Positions 58,211 through 64,000 of a stretch of DNA of 64,000 nucleotides are shown one piece after another. A program made the position numbers and the translations under genes. The notes below the pieces were generated by a model. It made no database searches and was not told the origin of the DNA. It saw only the letters and a list, made by a program, of their open reading frames with translations. Where the stretch lies: NCBI GenBank assembly GCA_963702215.1, contig OY969726.1:1681533-1745532 (forward strand), given 5' to 3'. Each line of letters begins with the position of its first letter. Positions within the stretch are counted from its first letter, which is position 1. The stretch is from an uncultured Bacteroidota bacterium. GTDB taxonomy: Bacteria > Bacteroidota > Ignavibacteria > Palsa-1295.

Positions 58211-59224
58211 ATGATTCCCTACTATTGGCAAGGAGTAGCTGTTCCGCTTGCAATTGTGCTTGGTGGATTAGTGCTCGGATTCATTGCGGAGCATATCCTT
58301 CTCAGCCTTCTGCCGAGCTTTTTCCAGCATCGCAAGCAGGCTAAGCGGGATGCCTGGAACCTGGGGCGGCGCCTTGTGCGCTCGTTCCGCGGCCTTATTA
58401 CCGTGTGGTTCGGGCTCGCGGCATTCCGGAGTGTGCTACATGAGTTCCCGCTTCGCCCCGCCGCGTTTCCCATCTTAGCGCACACGGCATCCGCGATACT
58501 GATTTTCTCCTTCGCCATCCTTTGCGCGCGCCTCCTGATCGCGCTGTTTCGCACCTATTCCACACCGCATGAGCGCGCAGTTCCCTCGATTACACTCGTA
58601 CAAAATATCGTCCGTTCCACGCTCTATCTTTTGGCAGTTCTCGCCATTCTGCATATCTATGGCATTGCCATCACGCCGCTCCTCGCTGCCTTGGGCGTTG
58701 GCGGGTTGGCGGTTGCGCTGGCCTTACAGGATACCCTCACGAATTTTTTCGCGGGAATTTATATCATGATTTCTCGCAATCTGGATCCGGGCGATTACGT
58801 CAAGCTCGATAGTGGTCAGGAAGGAATCATTCGCGACATTGCCTGGCGCGTGACCACCCTCAAAACTCCGGACGGTTCACTTACCGTCGTGCCCAATTCG
58901 AAATTTTCAACCAGCATCGTGACGAATTTCGACAGGCCCGACCGGAGTGTCATCCTACGAATAGACATTCCGTTGGATCAGACGATGGCGGCTTCCTCCC
59001 TCGAAACCGCCGCCAAGGAAGCAGCCGGTGAAACCGCCGAGGCGCTGAAGGATTTGATCGAAGGAGATCCTGAACTATTCTATACCGCGGTAACCACCAC
59101 CGGCGCGACGCTTCAGCTCTCAATTCGGATCACCGATTTTTCGCGCGCCACGGAATTGCGCCACGAGATTCTACGGCGAATATATTCGAAGCTTCACCCA
59201 CCGCCAAGCTCGAAGCCCGTATGA
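58211..59224 (+). CDS. mechanosensitive ion channel (MscS family)
   Basis: TM region plus '…LQDTLTNFFAGIYIMISRNLDPGDYVKLDSGQEGIIRDIAWRVTTLKTPDGSLTVVPNSKF…', the MscS beta-domain signature. Confidence 0.8.
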   Translation: MIPYYWQGVAVPLAIVLGGLVLGFIAEHILLSLLPSFFQHRKQAKRDAWNLGRRLVRSFRGLITVWFGLAAFRSVLHEFPLRPAAFPILAHTASAILIFSFAILCARLLIALFRTYSTPHERAVPSITLVQNIVRSTLYLLAVLAILHIYGIAITPLLAALGVGGLAVALALQDTLTNFFAGIYIMISRNLDPGDYVKLDSGQEGIIRDIAWRVTTLKTPDGSLTVVPNSKFSTSIVTNFDRPDRSVILRIDIPLDQTMAASSLETAAKEAAGETAEALKDLIEGDPELFYTAVTTTGATLQLSIRITDFSRATELRHEILRRIYSKLHPPPSSKPV

Positions 59225-59250
59225 TAAGATGAGCCCTTTAACAATGCGAA

Positions 59251-59290
59251 ACGGCCCGGTGGAATCCTTCCGCCGGGCCGTTCTGCGATT
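59251..59290. terminator. bidirectional terminator hairpin between convergent genes
   Basis: ACGGCCCGG-N13-CCGGGCCGT (9 bp) with T-rich tracts on both sides. Confidence 0.5.
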
Positions 59291-59312
59291 TCTTGTTATC
59301 GTTTTCGAAGGC

Positions 59313-62300
59313 TTACTTGCTCAGGGTCAGCTTCTTCGAGAGCGTGACGGTCTGTCCGTCGGCGCCGGTGGCTATGAGTTCATAGACATAGCTGCCGTTG
59401 GCGAGTCTCGAGAGATCGAGCGTTACGTTCTGCTCGCCCGCGCCATAGCTCGCGTTCGTCACCGGAGCGCTCACCACCTTGCCCGTCACATCCATGACGC
59501 GCAGTGTAACTTGCGAGGCTTCCGGAAGCGTGAAGCTCACGTCCGCCGCGCCACTCGTCGCCGGGTTCGGATAGCTCTGGCCTAGCGTGAACCCAAGCTC
59601 CGCCGCATCGGGGCCAAGTTCGATCGCGTTCGAATACGTCTTCGCCCCGCTCTGATCGATCGCTACCACGCGGTACGTGTAGCTCTTCGTCAGGTCGATC
59701 GTTGCATCCGTATAGGCATACTGCGTCTCGGTTATCGGCCGCACTGACGGAACCGAGTTTCTCCCACATCGGCTGCACGTCCGCGCCTGAGGCTGCGCCC
59801 GTACCCGGAACCATTTGTTCCACGTCGTACTGCGCCACATCCTTCTGCTGCGCGATCTGCCAGGAGATCAGGGCGTTCTGGCCCACATGCTCCGCCGTCG
59901 CATTCACGAACTCCACCGGAAGGATCGTACCCGCATGGCTGCGGAAGAAGGCGAAGGCTGCCGCCAGCGTCCGAGTCGTGCCGCTCGTCGTGTCCCCAAA
60001 CCCGCCCGGTATCGTTTGCACCGGATCCGACCAGTCGAACCCGTAGAATACCGTGTTGATCGTCGGGTTGTAGTACGTCGTACCCGCGCCGGAGTCCGCC
60101 GAACTGTTCGGATGCATCCGGTACGTATAGGCATAGCCCGTTACTTCCGGTCCAACTAACGGCGTCGAGAACGACGGTTTCACAACGTCCGGCGATGTCG
60201 AGTTCAGGCTGTCCGGATATTTCCAGAACGCCGGCTGCTGACCATCGATCCAGTTGTGGTACACCGCGCCGTCCATCATCGGATCGTTCTGCACGAACCG
60301 CGTGTGCATGTACGATTGCAGCCATTCCGTATCCGTCACCGGGATGAAGCCCGGCGCGTTGTTCGGCATGACGTAACCGTTATAGTAGGCAACGTTCTGA
60401 CCGGCTATCACCATGCTCTTCTTCGCATAGTCACGGCCCTGCTGCAGGTAGCGCTCCACTTCCTGCGTCTCCTTGAAGGAAAGACCACCCTGACCCGTCA
60501 CCTGACCGTAGGACGGGGCGATCGTCGGATCGCCGCTCACCCAGACCAGCGTCCACCACGGGGTGTAGTCGATGTCCGTCGAATCCGAAAGCCCGTCCGG
60601 AGCATTACGATCCAGCGTATCGAACGGTACGCCCAACCGGGTCAGCGCAAGCTTCACCGAGTCCAGATTCTGAAGCCCAAAGGCCGTCGCACCGTTGTAG
60701 CTTACCAGCACCGCGTTCTGCTTCAGCAATACGTGGAAGACCTTGACCTGCGAATTGTTCACATTGTCCTGATCCGTCGGTACGCTCACCGTTAGACGGA
60801 ATACGCTCTGCGATACCGTGTTCGGGTTGAGGGTCGGACCCTGCCAGACTACTTGCTGCGTCTCGCTCACGTCCCAGTTCATTGCCGACGAGTTCGAGTT
60901 GAAGATCGTCGTCCATGGGCCGCCATTGATCGCCTGTTCCACCTTCGCGTTCACCGTACGGCCAAAGACCGACTGGCTCGAAAGGTTCTTCACCTGCGCC
61001 GTGATCCACAGCGGATTCTCCGTCGTCACCAGCGAGGTGTCCGATGTCTCCGAGAAGCCCGCTGGCTGCGTGATCGACATCACCGCAAGGTCGTTCGTGT
61101 ATTGGAATCCATCCCATTCGTCCGCGCCGATATCGACCGACTGCGCGCTCAGACGCTGGTCGCCATCGAAATCGCGAGTCTGCGTCGCCGTCCCGAGCCA
61201 CGCCCCATTGCCCGAGGCCGCGCTTTCGATATACGTCAGCGCAGAAGGCATGTGAAGCGAATCCGTTCCAACCGCGAACCGGGGATCCCCTGTCAGCGAG
61301 TGCAGATCCTGACCCACATACGAACGCCAGTCGTTCAGCGTGCGGAAATAACGAGTCTGGAAGACCGTACCATACCGGACGTCATATTCCACTAACGAAT
61401 CGAATACGTTCGTGCCGCGAAGATCGAACAGGTTATAATCCGAACTGATCGCGCTCGCAAACGGTCGCGGAACCTCCAGCCAGTAGTTCGAATACGGACC
61501 CGAGCCGGTGTTCTGCAAAATGTTGTTCCACAAGAACACGTGCTTCGCGAACTGCACCTTGATATTGGCTAACGCGTTGTTCGTCGAGATCGAGTTGTTG
61601 AAGATCGAATCCTGGTCCGCAGAATACTGCGAGCCCGCCGTCGTCATCGCGATCGGGTACGAGCCAAACGTCCCTTCTTCTTCTTCGCCACCGCCGGCCT
61701 GAAGATCGAAGATCATGTTGTTCGTGATGCGGTTCTGCGTTTCGATCGGTAACGTCGATTGATCCCCAGGGCCCCCATTGCCGACCTGGTAGATCGTCAC
61801 CGCCTGCTGGATCGCTACACCATAGGCATCGCCACCCACCGAACGAATGTCGTGAATACGGTTGGCATCCACCCAGCAGCGAACCACGTTGCCCGCCGTG
61901 TCCGGAACTACGCCAAGCGTGTCCGTAACCAGCGTCAGAGGAACCGTCGTCTGAGGGCTTTCGATGCCATAGACGTTCCAGTTCATCCCCGTCGAACCCG
62001 CGTTCGCCGAGTTCACGTTCGTGATCTCGTTGTGCGATACCGTCAGATCCTGTTCGTTCGTGAACGAGATACCCGCAAACGAGAGCGGATCGCTCGAGGT
62101 CCCGATCGTATTCCGGGTGAACGTGTTCGAATTGTTACGCCACACGATATACTGCTCCGAGCCTAAGTTGAACATGTCGTGCAGCCCGTGATCGTACAAG
62201 CCATACTTCGCATTGCCAAGCTCGCAGTTGTTCACCACGATATGGTTGATCGGAATCGTGTCGTGAACCAACTGAAGGTAAATCGACCGGTTCTGCTGGT

Positions 62301-64000
62301 TGTAAATGCGAATCGCCGATGAGGAATCGCTCGTAAAGTTACCATTGCCGTGAAGAATCAAATCCTTCATCGTGAGATGGCTCGAGCCTTGCTCAATATC
62401 GAAGATCGAACCCGCGTTCGTCTCGTTATCCACGATCGTCAGGCCTCGCTTGGCCGGCTCCGCCATCAGTTTGTCCGGAACCGGTACGCCCAACGGGTTA
62501 TACCCTTCGAACGTCATGTAGCCGCCAAACAAATCGCCAAAGTAGAAGCACGATGGCTGACGGCCCGTGAATGTAATCGTCGGATGTACGCCCGGCTTCG
62601 GTTCCCAGATCACCGGTGTCGTCGGGGAAAGCTGGAGGTGCCGGAAGTCGATCGCCGCGTTCGGTGAAGAGGCGATGTCCGTCCCGTTCTCCGTGTAATT
62701 CGCATCCGTCAGGATGAGGTGAAGCGTATCCGATACGCCGCGGAAGGCAATCGAATCCGCCGCCGCGTGGATCGTTTGGAACCGCTGGCCTACACCTACA
62801 TAAATGTTCCCCTTGAGCTGCGGAATGATCGAAAACTCCGAACATGCCGTGTCGTTCGTGTGATCGCCATCGCCCGGATACTTCGCGATCGCGCAGATCG
62901 TGTAACAGCCCGGCGGCAAGTTCGAAATACGGTACGTCCCATTGACTGACGGGAAGTAGAACCGTACGTTGCCCTGATCGATGTTCAGTTCCGGTATCGT
63001 CGAGTCCGATATGAAGACCGGTGTCGTGGGATTCGAGCAGCTATAAATACGAACTTCCGTCGGTACGTCGAATAAATCCGAGACGCCCAGTGAAGCGAAT
63101 AGTGCACCCGGCTGCCACGTCGTCTTCTCCGGCTTCTCTTCATCCGGCTGTGGATTTACGATCGAAGTCGCCGCCGCATCGTAAATCGGACGAACGAGCA
63201 CCTGGCCGCATACCGTGTCATCGCCGGGTAGTTGGTCGCCGGGCAAGATCGAGATGCCGCAAATCTTATGGATGCCGACCACCGTCGGAGTCCATTGCTC
63301 CGGAAATGTCGTATCGTAATACGGGCCTTTGCCAGGACCCTGACCTGCCTGCGAGAAATCAGAACTGCCATCCGAATTGCCGCCGAGCGAACCCGTCGGC
63401 CAATTCGGTATCCAAAGCGTATCGCGGTATTCAACCGCGCCCGATGGATCGCGAATCACTGCCGTAAGCGGTACATTCGTTTGGTTCGCCGTGCCCGTAT
63501 TGCGGAACCGCATATCGATTGGCGTTGCGATAGCGATTGGAGTCCGGTCCGATGCGCCCAAACCCACCGGTGGACTCAGAATAGCCACAGCCTTGATGTC
63601 GTTCGGAGGCGAACAAATCCATTCGTTCGTCGTCGTGTTGTTCGACGGATCCTGATCCGCTGTCGGCTGTAAATTATAGACGATCGCCGTGTCCTCGTAA
63701 ATATTATAACCGTAATACAAGATTCCGTTGATCGTCGTATCGTGAGGTCTGTAAGGCGGGAAGGAAACCGTGCCCGTCGAAAACGCACCCGGTAGCGTTC
63801 CAGAAGGCGGAACCGTGATCGTTTGGTTATACACTTCCGGACCGTTCACGATCGACATCACCAAATTCACTTGAAGCGAAGTCGGAATTAAACGACCCTG
63901 GTTCGTAATCTGAACCCTCGGCGTAAAGACGGAGTCCTTCGCCACTAAGTCCTCGTTCCCGGGAGCCGTAATCGCATCGGCCGAAAAATCGTAATTCCAC
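59313..64000 (-). CDS. giant beta-helix (PbH1 repeat) surface protein with an Fn3-like domain and a T9SS C-terminal sorting domain; 5' end beyond the window; apparent frameshift near 59760
   Basis: The frame of ORF 59380..63945 is open to the window edge, so the GTG at 63945 is not a real start. It has many PbH1-type repeats (…NNCELGNAKYGLYDHG…). Its last ~120 codons are arginine-rich nonsense. The +1 frame (ORF 59313..59840) instead encodes an Fn3-like segment (…TQYAYTDATIDLTKSYTYRVVAIDQSG…) and a T9SS CTD (…GQSYPNPATS…VTLSKKLTLSK). Confidence 0.7.

Noticed and set aside
59380-59760. C-terminal ~125 codons of ORF 59380..63945 (…RGSDRSERGEDVFERDRTWPRCGG…)
   Set aside because: This is an out-of-frame read-through. 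The +1 frame encodes the bona fide Fn3/T9SS C-terminus ending at 59313.
1-64000. CRISPR arrays, IS elements/transposases, integrases, rRNA genes
   Set aside because: No regularly spaced direct repeats, transposase/integrase motifs or rRNA-like sequence were seen on either strand. The only RNA gene found is tRNA-Gln at 53814-53885.

Overview
High-GC (~58%) chromosomal segment from a bacterium that encodes type IX secretion (T9SS) C-terminal sorting domains, so probably FCB-group (Bacteroidota, Ignavibacteriota, Kapabacteria or Rhodothermota-like); this placement is an inference. The window is mostly core and accessory metabolism. In order it contains: a 5'-truncated Fic gene; prfA and lnt; a pectin/uronate catabolic cluster (GH105 hydrolase, eda, an RraA-like aldolase, kduI, kduD); a TSUP exporter with a DUF1634 partner; an orphan sensor histidine kinase; an ArsR regulator with two SRPBCC proteins; an operon of two tandem paralogous beta-helix T9SS-secreted proteins followed by DUF2279-like, DUF1905/YdeI and CmcI-methyltransferase genes; and a complete his operon (hisG-C-B-H-F-A/IE-D). 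The his operon is preceded by a previously unlisted His-codon leader peptide and attenuator hairpin, and carries an unusual hisA-hisI-hisE fusion. Further on are a desaturase, an SdpI-like protein, pyrG flanked on both sides by tightly coupled DUF6883-like/DUF4926 two-gene modules (the second copy has a frameshifted upstream partner), a low-GC island with a 'DAHYN' tandem-repeat secreted protein, a DEAD-box helicase, DUF3224, a GAF protein, a ~900 bp gene-free region, dus, meaB, acd, plsY, suhB, an AI-2E transporter, pyrE, tRNA-Gln(UUG), GH43 and GH1-like genes, MscS, and a giant (>1540 aa, 5'-partial) beta-helix T9SS surface protein. Three apparent single-base frameshifts (hisA/IE C-terminus, the second DUF6883-like gene, and the giant protein ahead of its T9SS sorting domain) indicate either real pseudogenisation or indel sequencing errors. 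No CRISPR array, transposase or integrase was seen.
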